A DNA stretch of 64,000 nt, taken from an uncultured delta proteobacterium (GTDB lineage Bacteria; Desulfobacterota; Desulfobacteria; Desulfobacterales; UBA11574). The notes under the pieces are model-generated. The model saw only the letters and a program-made list of their open reading frames with translations, was not told where the DNA came from and made no database searches. Every line of letters starts with the position of its first letter. The first letter of the stretch is position 1. The stretch spans positions 21,447 to 85,446 of the forward strand of contig CAVVZC010000019.1 in NCBI GenBank assembly GCA_963752565.1. Direction: 5' to 3'. Position numbers and translations under genes: made by a program. Shown here piece by piece: positions 26,645 through 37,537 of this stretch.

Positions 26645-28585
26645 ATGGCAGTTGATATTTTTGGATGGTGTGGAAAGATTCTCAACGTCGATCTGTCAAA
26701 TTCACGCGTCACTGAACGTGATACCATGGACTATGCAGAGCGTTTTCTTGGTGGGCGAGGAATTGCCACACGGATCTACTGGGAAGAAGTCGAACCTGAT
26801 GCGGGTGCTTTTGATCCGGGAAATCACCTGATACTGATGAGTGGTCCTCTGGGAGCTACCGGTGCCCAGGGCGCCTCCCGGTTTGAGGTCGTGGGGAAGT
26901 CGCCCCATGTTGATGCCGGAAGGGTTCTGTTACGGGAATCTTGGAGGATTTTTCGGTCCCTATCTTAAAACGAGCCGGCTACGACGGTGTTGTCATCTCA
27001 GGACGGTCTGAAAAGCCGGTTTATCTCTGGATCCACGACGGGAAAGTCCAAATTTTAGATGCGTTCTTTGCTTTGGGGAAAGGGTGTTTATGCCGTTCGG
27101 GACATCTTAAAAGAAATCGCATGGTAAAAATGTGCGAATCGTAACCACCGGTGTGGCCGGTGAAAACATGTGTCGCAGTGCCAATCTGATGACAGATAAC
27201 GAAGGGAGCGCTACCGGTGGGTTCGGTGCGGTGATGGGATCGAAAAATCTTAAGGCCATAGCGGTATTGGGTACGGGAAGTCCTTTGGTGGCAAAACCGG
27301 AGAAATTAAAAGAACTCAATCAATTGACCATCCATTTGAATAAGCGTGACCCGCTCCAGGTCCCTTTTCCCGAAGAACAAGTCCGTCGAACCGGTAAGTC
27401 GTCTTGTTATCAATGCGGGCTCGATTGTAAATATAGAAATTCTTTTCGGACAGCATCCGGCAAGGATGTTGTCCGAAAATGTCAATCCATGTTTGTATAT
27501 CTCCCATGGGTTTTCAGAAGACCGGGAGAATCAACGGAGACCGCTGTGGATGCCACGGGAATCTGCAATGATCTGTCGATCTGCACAATGGAAATGTCCA
27601 ATATCATCCAGTGGTTGGATAGCTGTTATCAAGTCAGGATACCTTACTGACAAAGAGACCGGTCTGGATATTTCAAAACTGGGCACCCATGAGTTTTTTG
27701 AAAACCTCGCCAATATGATCGCGCATCAGACAAGGATTTGGTGATATTTTGGCCGAAGGACTACTTCGGGCCGGCGAGAAGCTCGGCCATGAAGCCAAAG
27801 CCCATTTTGCAAATGAAGTATCCGGCGTCGGAGATGGTGCCACTTATTCTGCGCGCGAATATCTTATGAACGGTTTGTTGTACGCCCTGGAACCCAGACA
27901 GCCGATTGCCATGCTTCACGAAATAAGTTGGTTCACCGGTTTATGGGTCATGAATCAGGCCGACCCGAATCTTCGCCGGTTACATCCGAGGTCTTTCGGG
28001 CTGCGGCCGACTAACATTCTGGGGAAGCGAGAAGGCGTGGGATCTGAATGACCCATGAAGGAAAGGCCAGTGGCGGCAGCTAAAATCATCGATCGAACCT
28101 ACGTGAAGGATAGCCTGCTGCTGTGTGATTCCGTTGGCCCATGATGGTTTCCTGGAATACGCCGGATCACGTTGGAGATCCAAGTTTGGAAAGTCGAATA
28201 TTTTCCGCAGTGACTGGCATCGAAACAGATGAAACCGGGCTAAATCAATATGGCGAACGAATATTTAATCTACAACGAGGCGTTCTTTTACGGGAAGGAC
28301 GGCGCCCCAAAGCGGATGATGTTCCGGAAGAATTCAATTTTGCTGATCCGGTTGAAACCGTGTTCATGAACCCTGATGTCATCGTCCCCGGGACAGGGCG
28401 AGGAAATCATCAGTCGAAAAGGTCAAACTTTGGATCGGGATGTATTTGAAGCCATGCGAAAGGAATTTTATGAATTTCAGAGGCTGGGACGGTGAGTCAG
28501 GTTTACAAAAGGCTGAGACCCTTGAACACCTCGGGTTGTCCGACCTGGTGCAGGATCTAAAACAGATCGACATGATCAAAAAATG
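26645..28585 (+). pseudogene. Aldehyde:ferredoxin oxidoreductase (AOR) family gene, YdhV-like clade, disrupted by multiple frameshifts
   Basis: AOR-like sequence can be followed through all three forward frames: GKILNVDLS..GGRGIA, KSP|MLMPEGFCYGNLGGFFGPYLK|RAGYDGVVISG, LLWGKGVYAVRDILKEIA|GKNVRIVTTGVAGEN, GFGDILAEG, CDSV|WPMMVSWNTP, YEF|RGWDGESGLQKAETLEHLGL. About 13 frame junctions are visible. Confidence 0.85.
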
Positions 28586-28679
28586 AGAATTAGCCGGACC
28601 GGTTCCAACGAGCCTACCAACGTCCGCAAAAAAATTTAAGGATAAAGTCGGTATCTGAGTGCTGATTTATAAATGACTT

Positions 28680-29213
28680 CTAATCTTCCTCAGGCAAGCG
28701 CACCACCAAAACCGGCTTTTTGGATCGCCGGATCACCCGCCGGGCGGTGCTGCCGATGAGGGCGTCTTCAAGAATTCCATGCCCCTGGGTCCCCATCACA
28801 ATGATATCACAGGTCCTTTCTTCAGCCTGCGCCAGTATTTCGTCAACCGGATTTCCTCGTGTCACCAGAATCTCATCCGCAACAAAATCCTGGTCCGAAT
28901 GGCTCGATTTGACATCCTCACAGAATTGATCCAGCACCTCTCTGATGGGCACATATTCTCTCTTTTTCCGGGTCAGGGTTTCTTTGGCTTCCTGAACCTG
29001 TTGTCTTTTGATTTCCTCCCAGCGTTCCGCACTGATATACCCGATGACACCCTTGTCGACCAACTCCGGGATCTCCTCAAGCACATGCAGCAAGGTTATG
29101 GTGGCCCCGTAAAGATTGGCAAGGCTCACGGCATATGCAAACGCCTGTCGTGCATTCTCAGAAAGGTCGGTTGCATACAGTATTCTTTTTATGTCGACTT
29201 TTGGAAGTATCAT
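28680..29213 (-). CDS. Universal stress protein (UspA family)
   Basis: ILYATDLSE...LLHV...IVMGTQGHG...GSTARRVIRRSKKPVLVV. Confidence 0.88.
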   Translation of the reverse strand: MILPKVDIKRILYATDLSENARQAFAYAVSLANLYGATITLLHVLEEIPELVDKGVIGYISAERWEEIKRQQVQEAKETLTRKKREYVPIREVLDQFCEDVKSSHSDQDFVADEILVTRGNPVDEILAQAEERTCDIIVMGTQGHGILEDALIGSTARRVIRRSKKPVLVVRLPEED

Positions 29214-29280
29214 TTTCCTGCCTCATGAAGAAATGGTAGCGGCATCGCCGCGTTTATATGAAATCACTTTACGATTTTAG

Positions 29281-31014
29281 TTAGACTGCCGGCGCTTTTT
29301 TAAACATTCCTTTTATATACTTTATCCAAATACCGCTCATAATCCAGGAATAACAATATGTACCGACAAGGATGAGACCAAACGCCTTCGCGATATCCAT
29401 GTGGCTGCCGTCCAGAGAAAAGGCCGGTACATAACCAAAAAGGAACGGTCCAAGATACAGAAATTTGGCAAACTTGAAAGAAGCAAATGCGGTTCTCCAC
29501 ATATTGGCCTTGGCAATGGTGGCCCCTGCAAATGCGGCGATGCATACCGGCGGCGTAATGTTGGAATCCTGTGACAGCCAGTACACGATCATGTGGGATG
29601 CAATCTCATTGACCCCGAGATGGATCAACGCCGGTACGGCCACAACCGCAGTAATCAGGTAGGCTGCAGTGACCGGAACACCCATTCCCAGTACCAATGA
29701 TGCCAAAGCAATCAGAAAAATGGTTAAAACCAAAGACCCGCCGGCAAGTTCGATCACGATATCGGCAAAGGTGAGCACCAATCCGCTAAACGTGAGCACA
29801 CCGATGATAATGCCGATGACACCGACGGTGGCGCCGATCTTGAGGCTGTTTTCCGTGCCTGCCCGGGAGGCTTCCACAAATCCTTTCAGATCAATCCGGG
29901 TATCCTTTCTGAACCAGCTGATGACAATACAGGAGACAATACCCAAAATTGCGGAATAGGCCGGCGAATACCCCAACAGCATGAAAATCGTGATCACAAT
30001 CAGCGGCATCGTGTAGTACCACTCTTTTTTCAGGATCTCCATGGCAGGATGTTCACTTTTCTCTCCCTTGATATTGTACATCTTGGCCTCCCAGTGCACC
30101 ATTTGATAAACACTGAAGACGTACATCATGGCGGGGAAGATGGCGATGAGCATGATTCTGGAATAGGGAACGCCCGTGAGCTCGGCCATGATAAAGCCCC
30201 CGGCGCCCATGATGGGCGGCATGAACATTCCCGAGATGGAGGCCGCCGGCTCGATGCCGCCGGCAATATGGGGCCTGAACCCCGCTTTTTTCATCATGGG
30301 AATGGTAAAGGCGCCGGTGGATACCACGTTGGCGATGGCGCTTCCTGAAATGGAGCCGAAAAGCCCGCTGGCAATCACGGCGACTTTACCGGGCCCACCG
30401 GTTCTGTGCCCGACGGCGGCCAGGGGAAAATCGACGAAAAATTTCTGGGCGCCGCATTTTTCTAAAAACGCCCCGAAAAGAACAAACAAAATGACATAGG
30501 TGGCCAGAACATTGGCCATGATGCCGAACACGCCGTCGCTCTTGTAGAAAATGCTGGTACACACGCCCTGAAATGTATCGCCGGCATGTGAAAAAAGTTC
30601 AGGTGCATATTCACCATAAACCCCATAAATCAGCAACACTGTCCCCATGATCACAAAAACGGTGCCGACCACCCGCCGCGCCAGCTCGATGCCGATAAGA
30701 ACACCGATAATGGCCACAAACATATCAAAAGGTGTCTCCGCGCCGGTCCGGTAGTTAATGACTTCAAAATTGAGGATCCAGTATCCGACAGTGAAGATAG
30801 AAAGGAAGATCAGCAAATAGTCGACGATTCGCAAAAGTTTATGCTTTGATTTGTAAACGAGAAAAATGAGAATATAGGTGATGATGACATATATGCCACG
30901 GTGATACTGGGTAGACGCCGGTCTCCAAACTGCCGAGTAGGAGTAGAAAAGGACCAAACTCACGGATAAAACATCAAATATTATTTTTTCTATTTTGTTT
31001 AATTTTTCATACAC
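29281..31014 (-). CDS. TRAP transporter fused permease (TAXI-type 4TM/12TM)
   Basis: 577-aa polytopic membrane protein located immediately downstream of a TAXI receptor gene. Confidence 0.85.
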   Translation of the reverse strand: MYEKLNKIEKIIFDVLSVSLVLFYSYSAVWRPASTQYHRGIYVIITYILIFLVYKSKHKLLRIVDYLLIFLSIFTVGYWILNFEVINYRTGAETPFDMFVAIIGVLIGIELARRVVGTVFVIMGTVLLIYGVYGEYAPELFSHAGDTFQGVCTSIFYKSDGVFGIMANVLATYVILFVLFGAFLEKCGAQKFFVDFPLAAVGHRTGGPGKVAVIASGLFGSISGSAIANVVSTGAFTIPMMKKAGFRPHIAGGIEPAASISGMFMPPIMGAGGFIMAELTGVPYSRIMLIAIFPAMMYVFSVYQMVHWEAKMYNIKGEKSEHPAMEILKKEWYYTMPLIVITIFMLLGYSPAYSAILGIVSCIVISWFRKDTRIDLKGFVEASRAGTENSLKIGATVGVIGIIIGVLTFSGLVLTFADIVIELAGGSLVLTIFLIALASLVLGMGVPVTAAYLITAVVAVPALIHLGVNEIASHMIVYWLSQDSNITPPVCIAAFAGATIAKANMWRTAFASFKFAKFLYLGPFLFGYVPAFSLDGSHMDIAKAFGLILVGTYCYSWIMSGIWIKYIKGMFKKAPAV

Positions 31015-31140
31015 CTTTTAACCTCCCTACATCACGCGTGATTGGTAATCGTTACCGGATATAAGATGAAGGGATTAAGGCAATGGATTAAGTTTATTAT
31101 CCTTAACCCATTACCTATAACCCATAACCAGAAGTCTTTT

Positions 31141-32115
31141 TTATTTCATCATCCCTTTCTCTTTCCAAAACTTTTCAGCGCCGGGATGGAACGGGGTCAC
31201 GATGTTGGTGGCGCCGGTTTTCAAACTCATGTGTTTAAACGTCTTTTTCTGCTCAACCATGTGTTTCAGACCCTCATCCGTGTAGATAATGGAAAGGAGC
31301 TTGTAAACCACGTCGGCAGGCGTCTTTGTATTGGCCACCCATAGCGTGCTGTCCTGAAATGAGGGTGAGTCATAATCTACGCCTTTATAGGTCCCGGCCG
31401 GAACAGAAAGTTTCCCAAAATATGGATATTTTTTATAGAATCCTGAAGCTTCGGCATCTGCATCCAGATTGACCATGCCGATGTCGTTGGTCTGGGCCGC
31501 CATGATCACCGCGCCGCTGGGAAATGCTGTAAACAGCCAGAACGCATCCAACTGGTTGTTACCAAAAGCCTGGGCTGCGTCATTGTAACCCATGGCATTC
31601 CGCTCAATTTTGTCCCAGACGCCCATATGGGAAAAAAACAGCTCACAATTGGCAAAAGCACCGGAACCGGCGTTGCCGACGCCGACTTTTTTACCGACCA
31701 AATCCTTTACGCTCTTGATTCCCGAATCGGCCCGGATCACCAATTGTGCCGGAGCGCCGTATAACCAGGCAACTGCTAAAACATCTTCATATTTTTTGGG
31801 ATCGTTTTTCATCTGGCCGTTTCTTCCCAGCCAGACATGACCGGAATAAACCACGCCCATTTGCTGTCTTCCGGCGTTCACTTTCCTCAAATTTTCTACA
31901 GAACCCGCTGATGTTTGGGCTTTTACTGAAAACTTTTCCATCGCTTTAACCGGTTTATATACCTGTATAGCGTTTGCAACCACCTGAAAGGTTCCACCGG
32001 CCGGTCCACCGCCGAAAATAACTCGTTTTTTCGCAAACGAATCTGCGGAAAAACCAAAGGTTATCATTGAGATGGCACAGACGACAATGATAATTGTCAA
32101 CATTTTACTTCTCAT
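31141..32115 (-). CDS. TAXI-family TRAP transporter solute receptor
   Basis: Signal peptide, then FGGGPAGGTFQVVANAI and a C-terminal PFHPGAEKFWKE, both typical of the TAXI family. Confidence 0.85.
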   Translation of the reverse strand: MRSKMLTIIIVVCAISMITFGFSADSFAKKRVIFGGGPAGGTFQVVANAIQVYKPVKAMEKFSVKAQTSAGSVENLRKVNAGRQQMGVVYSGHVWLGRNGQMKNDPKKYEDVLAVAWLYGAPAQLVIRADSGIKSVKDLVGKKVGVGNAGSGAFANCELFFSHMGVWDKIERNAMGYNDAAQAFGNNQLDAFWLFTAFPSGAVIMAAQTNDIGMVNLDADAEASGFYKKYPYFGKLSVPAGTYKGVDYDSPSFQDSTLWVANTKTPADVVYKLLSIIYTDEGLKHMVEQKKTFKHMSLKTGATNIVTPFHPGAEKFWKEKGMMK

Positions 32116-32401
32116 TAGAGCATCCTCCTTTTAAATGATTCAATAGTGTATGTTATTCATTCGTAGCCTCTCAAGATAGCCAGACAGGATGAATGAAATT
32201 AAGCGAAATGACTGTAATCAAACAAGATGGATTCATTGCGCCCGTTGCTCATCCATCAAAGAACTGCTGAAACGTATTGAGAAGCTGCATCAATTTTTCG
32301 TTATTGCTATCAAGAATAACGTCTAATGATACCCGCTCTAAAACATTTTCTTTTCGTTGTATCACCTCCTTACCTCGACATGATCGATATAATTTTTCCC
32401 G

Positions 32402-33607
32402 TTAATCAGAACGCCGCCAATCCTTGGGCGGAATAAACGTTTTCGTCGCAAGGTCTTCAGGCCAGACGCATTCGAATTTGCCGCCGGTGATTTGAAGGAC
32501 CTGTGTGGGGAGGCTGTTCTGTCGATGGAATTTCCCATAGGATTTAAACTTCACGGGGCCGAACGGTGTTGTCATGTCGGTGTCGTCCAATGCCGCCCGG
32601 ATGCTCTCAGGGCGAAAAGAATCGGCCCGCTTTAACGCATCTGCTGCCACGAGCAGTGCAGAATAGGCTTCGGCCCCATGATAGTCCGGTGGTACGGAAT
32701 ACTTTTTGATGTACGCGTTGTAATATGCTTCTGTACCGGGATAGCTCAATTGGTGGGTCCACAGGGTTGCTGTCAGCAGATGGTTGGAAAAGTCTCCGGC
32801 TTTGTCGATGAATTTCTGATGGGTAAAACCGCCGGCGCCGCCGCACAACAACGAATTGACCGTTGACTCTTTGATCGTTTTCGTCAGTAACGCCGCATCA
32901 TTGAGATAAGAAACCATATAGATCACATCCGGCGACGCTTCTTTCAACCGGGCAACAATACGTTTGAAATAGTCCGGTTTCAGTCTTTCCTTGTGGTAAG
33001 GTTCGATCCCTATAATATCGATGTCATTCTCACGGCAAAACCACATCATCCTCGTTGCGCCACCGGTTCCATACGGGCTGTTTTCATATACAATTGTCAT
33101 GGATTTAGGTTCGATTTTTTTCAACAAAAAATCCTCCAGTCCTTTTGTATATTCGTCGGCCGGAGAATTTAGTCGATAGACATTGCGCATTTTTCTTTGA
33201 GTGATCCTGTCATCGGCTGCGGTACATACCAAAAAAGGTGTGTCCAACTTATCCGCTATCCTGGCCATATCCAGGGTGTTGCTACTGTGATACGCACCGA
33301 CCAGCATAATTGCCCCGGATTTTTTAACCAGTTCTTTAACGATCTTTTCCCCGGTTTTTGGTTTTCCCTGGTCATTGCCATACACAAGTTTTAAAGGTCG
33401 GCCTTTGATCCCACCCTCTTCGTTGATCACCTCCAGCGCCATCTCAAACGAATTTTTCATCATGGTGGCATAAGAAAACTTCTCCGAATGTGGAACCCCG
33501 ACAACAACCGGTTCCAATGCATCACCGATTGGAGGCGAAATGAAAATCCCTATGGCAAAGAAAAAAATGGTAAAGAGGCAACCTGTGAGTTTTGATCGGT
33601 ATTTCAT
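32402..33607 (-). CDS. LivK-like (branched-chain amino acid type) periplasmic binding protein
   Basis: Signal/TM segment, then VGVPHS...INEEGGIKGRPLKLVYGNDQGKP and YHGAEAYSALLVAADALKRA, the type I PBP pattern. Confidence 0.8.
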   Translation of the reverse strand: MKYRSKLTGCLFTIFFFAIGIFISPPIGDALEPVVVGVPHSEKFSYATMMKNSFEMALEVINEEGGIKGRPLKLVYGNDQGKPKTGEKIVKELVKKSGAIMLVGAYHSSNTLDMARIADKLDTPFLVCTAADDRITQRKMRNVYRLNSPADEYTKGLEDFLLKKIEPKSMTIVYENSPYGTGGATRMMWFCRENDIDIIGIEPYHKERLKPDYFKRIVARLKEASPDVIYMVSYLNDAALLTKTIKESTVNSLLCGGAGGFTHQKFIDKAGDFSNHLLTATLWTHQLSYPGTEAYYNAYIKKYSVPPDYHGAEAYSALLVAADALKRADSFRPESIRAALDDTDMTTPFGPVKFKSYGKFHRQNSLPTQVLQITGGKFECVWPEDLATKTFIPPKDWRRSD

Positions 33608-34083
33608 AAGACACTCCTTTGTTCATTGAGACCAAATAAAAGCAAAAAACCGTTTTGGCACAAAGAATGGAGCCGAAATCAAGAGAGGAGCAACATTAAC
33701 GGCATACTAATAGGTACTAAAGTGTTAGAGAAGCGTCAATTGGAGTATTTCTGATTCTGTTGTCAGAAATTTTCTTACATACCAAAAAATGAGATTAAGT
33801 AAGCGTTTACCGCTTTGCGTTTTGGGTTAACCTCTTAACCGCTGAGGCTGAACATGTGATTGGTCAAAATATTTATTATCAGAATTTTATAGAAAATCGC
33901 AAGACTAAAATTAGAATCCGGCAAAAAACAAATTGGCTTTAGCCCATTTTGCTTTAAAACTTTACTTGAACACTTTCTGCTGTTATTTATATATCTTTAT
34001 TTCATCTGTTTACCTTATTTTTATAGGGTATGAGTTTCTCATGAAATCCATAAATTCGATCATTGTAAACCATTAAATAACTT

Positions 34084-34249
34084 CAAGCCATCTCAAAAAT
34101 GCAGATTACGTTCAAGGACAAGGCGCGAGCCGATGAAAAAGCGGAGCATACATGGGAGTATGTGAGCATTTTGAAGAGGCTCGTTGTAAATCCCGCCATA
34201 CGGGGCAACACTGTAATTGGGCGTTAGATGTATTTTTTGAGATGGCTTG
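34084..34249. repeat. 166-bp element bounded by perfect 16-bp terminal inverted repeats (MITE-like or structured RNA)
   Basis: caagccatctcaaaaa (34084-34099) pairs with tttttgagatggcttg (34234-34249). The stem continues imperfectly, and internal hairpins exist (cgagcc/ggctcg, catac/gtatg, cccg/cggg). Confidence 0.55.
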
Positions 34250-34280
34250 TAAATCGAATTGAAAGTAGAGAAAATCAATA

Positions 34281-36749
34281 ATGAAACTTCGCTCAATCCT
34301 TCTGGTGTTGTCTTTGCTGGCCTTCTTGTCTGCTTCAACAGGGGGATACCTCTATTATTCGTCGTTAAAAGAATCCGCCCAAAAAGAATCGGAAAGACAG
34401 ACCTCGACACGTGCAGAGATGATTCGGAAAAATTTGTCCTCATTTCTTTCAGAAAACATCAAACCTGTGAAAACCATATCCGGAATGAAGGAGCTCCAGG
34501 CTTGTCTGATCAACCGCGATAAGGGTTCATTTGACCAGGCAAATGCCATGCTTGACCATTTTAAAACCTCCCTGAATGTGGACGTCTGTTACCTGATGGA
34601 CTCCGTAGGGAATACCATCGCGTCAAGCAACCGGAATGATCCTGACAGCTTCGTGGGAAACAATTTTGCGTTTAGGCCATACTTCAAAGAGGCTTTAAAA
34701 GGTATCCCTTCCACTTATTTGGCGCTGGGCACAACATCCGGGAAACGAGGGGCATATTATAGCCATCCGGTTTACGTGGGAGGACAGGAGTCTCCGGCAG
34801 GAATTGTTGTTATAAAGGTGTCAGTCGAACTTATCGAAAGCGAATTAACCACGACTTCAGGCGAAATTGTTTTGGTTACCGATCCCCAGGGGATTGTATT
34901 TATTTCTAATCAAAAGGGATGGCTTTTACATTCATTAGGGAAACTTTCACCCACTGACATCTCCCAAATTTCGAGGTCTCTCCAATTCGGAAATGGACCG
35001 TGGAAATGGATCGGCCTGGAAATCAAAAGAAAAAAACACGCCGAGGATACTCGGGGAAACGATTATCTCATTCACCGGTTGGGTCTTTATAATTATCCTG
35101 GATGGGATGTCATCCATTTGTACAATCTCAAAGAAATATCCAAAATCTTTTTCAGCCCGCTGCTCAAAATTATAGAACCTATTATTATTGTGTTGTGTGT
35201 TCTGGTAGGACTGGCGGTTTTTTTGCTTTACAAAAAAGCGAGTGATGAGCTGATAAAGCGGCAGACTTTTGAGAGGGCATTACAAAAAAGCGAAGAAAGA
35301 TATCGTTCTATTTATCATAATACCCCGGCCATGCTGCATTCCATAGATCCAAACGGTTGCCTGATCAGTGTGAGTGACAATTGGCTTGAAATAATGGGTT
35401 ATGAACGTGAAGACGTCATTGGCCAAAAGCTGACGCGCTTTTTCACCCCGGACTCGAAGTCCTATGCTGAAACAGTCGTTTTCCCCGAATTTTTTAAGAC
35501 CGGATTTTGCAAAGACATTCCCTACCGGTTTGTAAAGAAAAATGGGGATGTTATTGATGTCCTTCTTTCCGCCATCGGTGACCGGGATGACAAAGGAAAT
35601 ATCACCCGATCTCTGGCCGTCACCATTGACGTCACCGAACGAATCCGGGCGGAAAAAGACTTAAAACTTACCAAGGAGGAGCTCCGTCGATACTCTAAAG
35701 ATTTAGAACGTCAGGTACGAAAACGGACAAGAGAGATTAACAGTATTCTTCAATATACCCCGTCCGTTGTCTATATCAAAGACAGACAAGGGCAGTATAT
35801 TCTGGTTAATTCACGATTTGAAGAATTGTTTGGTGTTCAAAATGATGACGTTCGCGGGAAAACCGACCATGACATTTTCCCAAAAGAAGAAGCTGAACAA
35901 TTTCGCAACAATGACCTGAAAGTCCTTTCACAAAAACGTTCCTATCAGGTTGAGGAACGCATTCATCAAAAGGATGGTATTCACACCTATCTTTCTGTAA
36001 AATTTCCTCTTTATGACGAATCAGCTGACATCATCAGTGTTTGCGGGATTTCAACCGATATTACCGATGTCAAAAAGGCCCAAGATCAACTCAGGCGTCT
36101 TTCGGGAAGCATTATGGCCAATCAGGAAAAAGAACGTTCTGCCATTGCCAGGGAATTACACGATGAACTGGGGCAAGTCCTGACGGCACTCAACATGGAC
36201 TCGGTCTGGCTGCATGAACATCTTAAGGAAACAGATGCAAAAGCCGCCCGACGAGCATTGACAATGTGCGAACTGATCAATAAAACCATTGAAGAGGTTC
36301 GAAGCCTGGCCATTCGGCTACGTCCTGGAGTTCTCGATGATCTGGGGCTTGTAGATGCTTTGGAATGGTATACTGCTGATTTTGAAAGACGTACCGGCAT
36401 CACATGCGTTTTTGAACATGCCAATATTCCCAACATCAGTGACAATGTTGCTACCGCAGCGTATCGTATCGCACAGGAAACTCTGACGAATGTGGCACGC
36501 CATGCTTCTGCAAGCCGTATAGAAGTCGATCTTCAGGAAAATGAAGGGATGTTGTCGTTATCAACCATCGACGATGGTATGGGATTTAACGACTCGGAGC
36601 TATCTGAAGCAGAGGCTCTGGGGATTGCCGGAATGCGTGAACGCGCCGTTCTTGTGAACGGCGTTCTGAACGTCCAATCCCAGCCGGGAAATGGGACCCG
36701 TGTTCTTTTCAAGGTCTCCATTGACGGTCAGAAAGGGGGAATGTCTTGA
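34281..36749 (+). CDS. Sensor histidine kinase (periplasmic double-PDC/Cache-like domain, 2 PAS, HisKA_3, HATPase)
   Basis: N-terminal TM, a ~280-aa periplasmic domain (FRPYFKEAL...YYSHPV), a second TM, two PAS regions, H-box HDELGQVLTAL, then NVARHA, DDGMGF and GIAGMRERA. Confidence 0.9.
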   Translation: MKLRSILLVLSLLAFLSASTGGYLYYSSLKESAQKESERQTSTRAEMIRKNLSSFLSENIKPVKTISGMKELQACLINRDKGSFDQANAMLDHFKTSLNVDVCYLMDSVGNTIASSNRNDPDSFVGNNFAFRPYFKEALKGIPSTYLALGTTSGKRGAYYSHPVYVGGQESPAGIVVIKVSVELIESELTTTSGEIVLVTDPQGIVFISNQKGWLLHSLGKLSPTDISQISRSLQFGNGPWKWIGLEIKRKKHAEDTRGNDYLIHRLGLYNYPGWDVIHLYNLKEISKIFFSPLLKIIEPIIIVLCVLVGLAVFLLYKKASDELIKRQTFERALQKSEERYRSIYHNTPAMLHSIDPNGCLISVSDNWLEIMGYEREDVIGQKLTRFFTPDSKSYAETVVFPEFFKTGFCKDIPYRFVKKNGDVIDVLLSAIGDRDDKGNITRSLAVTIDVTERIRAEKDLKLTKEELRRYSKDLERQVRKRTREINSILQYTPSVVYIKDRQGQYILVNSRFEELFGVQNDDVRGKTDHDIFPKEEAEQFRNNDLKVLSQKRSYQVEERIHQKDGIHTYLSVKFPLYDESADIISVCGISTDITDVKKAQDQLRRLSGSIMANQEKERSAIARELHDELGQVLTALNMDSVWLHEHLKETDAKAARRALTMCELINKTIEEVRSLAIRLRPGVLDDLGLVDALEWYTADFERRTGITCVFEHANIPNISDNVATAAYRIAQETLTNVARHASASRIEVDLQENEGMLSLSTIDDGMGFNDSELSEAEALGIAGMRERAVLVNGVLNVQSQPGNGTRVLFKVSIDGQKGGMS

Positions 36750-37384
36750 TCAAAGTATTGTTGGCAGACGATCACAGTATCGTTCGCGCCGGACTGCGCC
36801 GTCTTGTGGAAGAAAGCGACGACATGGAGGTGGTTGCCGAAGCGGCCGACGGTAAAGATGCGATTCAGAAAGTCCACAAGTATACTCCCGACGTGGCGGT
36901 CATCGATATCTCCATGCCGGGAGTGGATGGTTTGGAGGTTATCAGTCAGCTTCGTTCTTTTTACCCCAAACTGCCGACTATTATTCTGACCATGTACGAA
37001 GAAGAACAATATGTGGTTCGGGCCATCGAAGCCGGAGCTATGGGGTATATTACTAAGAGATCGGCACCGGAACAACTTTTAAAGGCCATCCGTAAAGTAC
37101 ATGCCGGTTTTCGATATCTGACCGCCGAAGCCGCTGAATTGCTGGCATTGAGAGTGGCCAGGGGGACAGACAGCCGTTCTCCCCTTGACAATCTGTCCAT
37201 GAGAGAACTTCAGGTGTTGAGGCGCCTGGCTATGGGACATACCAATCGGGAAATTGCCGAATCCTACCATATCAGCATTAAAACCGTAGACACCTACCGT
37301 TTACGGTTGTTAAAGAAACTCAACCTGCGAAACAATGCCGAGCTTTCGCGTTTTGCGATTCAAAACCGGCTTATTGAGTCATAA
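36746..37384 (+). CDS. NarL/LuxR-family response regulator
   Basis: MIKVLLADDH, VAVIDISMPG, and a C-terminal LuxR HTH (LSMRELQVLRRLAMGHTNREIAESYHISIKTVDTYR). It overlaps the kinase stop. Confidence 0.92.
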   Translation: MIKVLLADDHSIVRAGLRRLVEESDDMEVVAEAADGKDAIQKVHKYTPDVAVIDISMPGVDGLEVISQLRSFYPKLPTIILTMYEEEQYVVRAIEAGAMGYITKRSAPEQLLKAIRKVHAGFRYLTAEAAELLALRVARGTDSRSPLDNLSMRELQVLRRLAMGHTNREIAESYHISIKTVDTYRLRLLKKLNLRNNAELSRFAIQNRLIES

Positions 37385-37537
37385 TTTCGATCTCGTTCAG
37401 CCACTTATACATCAACAGTCATTCCTATCATAACACTATGTTTTTACACTAATTATTAAAGTTAGGGCTTTTCTGCAGTTTTGCAAAGTATGGTATTATT
37501 CGTGGTAGATAGTTTTGTCACAATATAAGGAAACCTG

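Noticed and set aside
32116-32401. Possible 38-aa minus-strand ORF after an AAGGAGG sequence
   Set aside because: The only in-frame start (GTG) overlaps the Shine-Dalgarno sequence itself, the ATG further on gives a 2-codon ORF, and I recognise no family.
33656-33672. Sigma-54 -24-like TGGCAC
   Set aside because: The -12 position reads ATGG rather than TTGC/GC, and the site is about 600 nt from the nearest co-directional start.
34093-34443. 116-aa minus-strand ORF
   Set aside because: It spans the inverted-repeat element and the antisense of the kinase N-terminus. It has no RBS or motifs.
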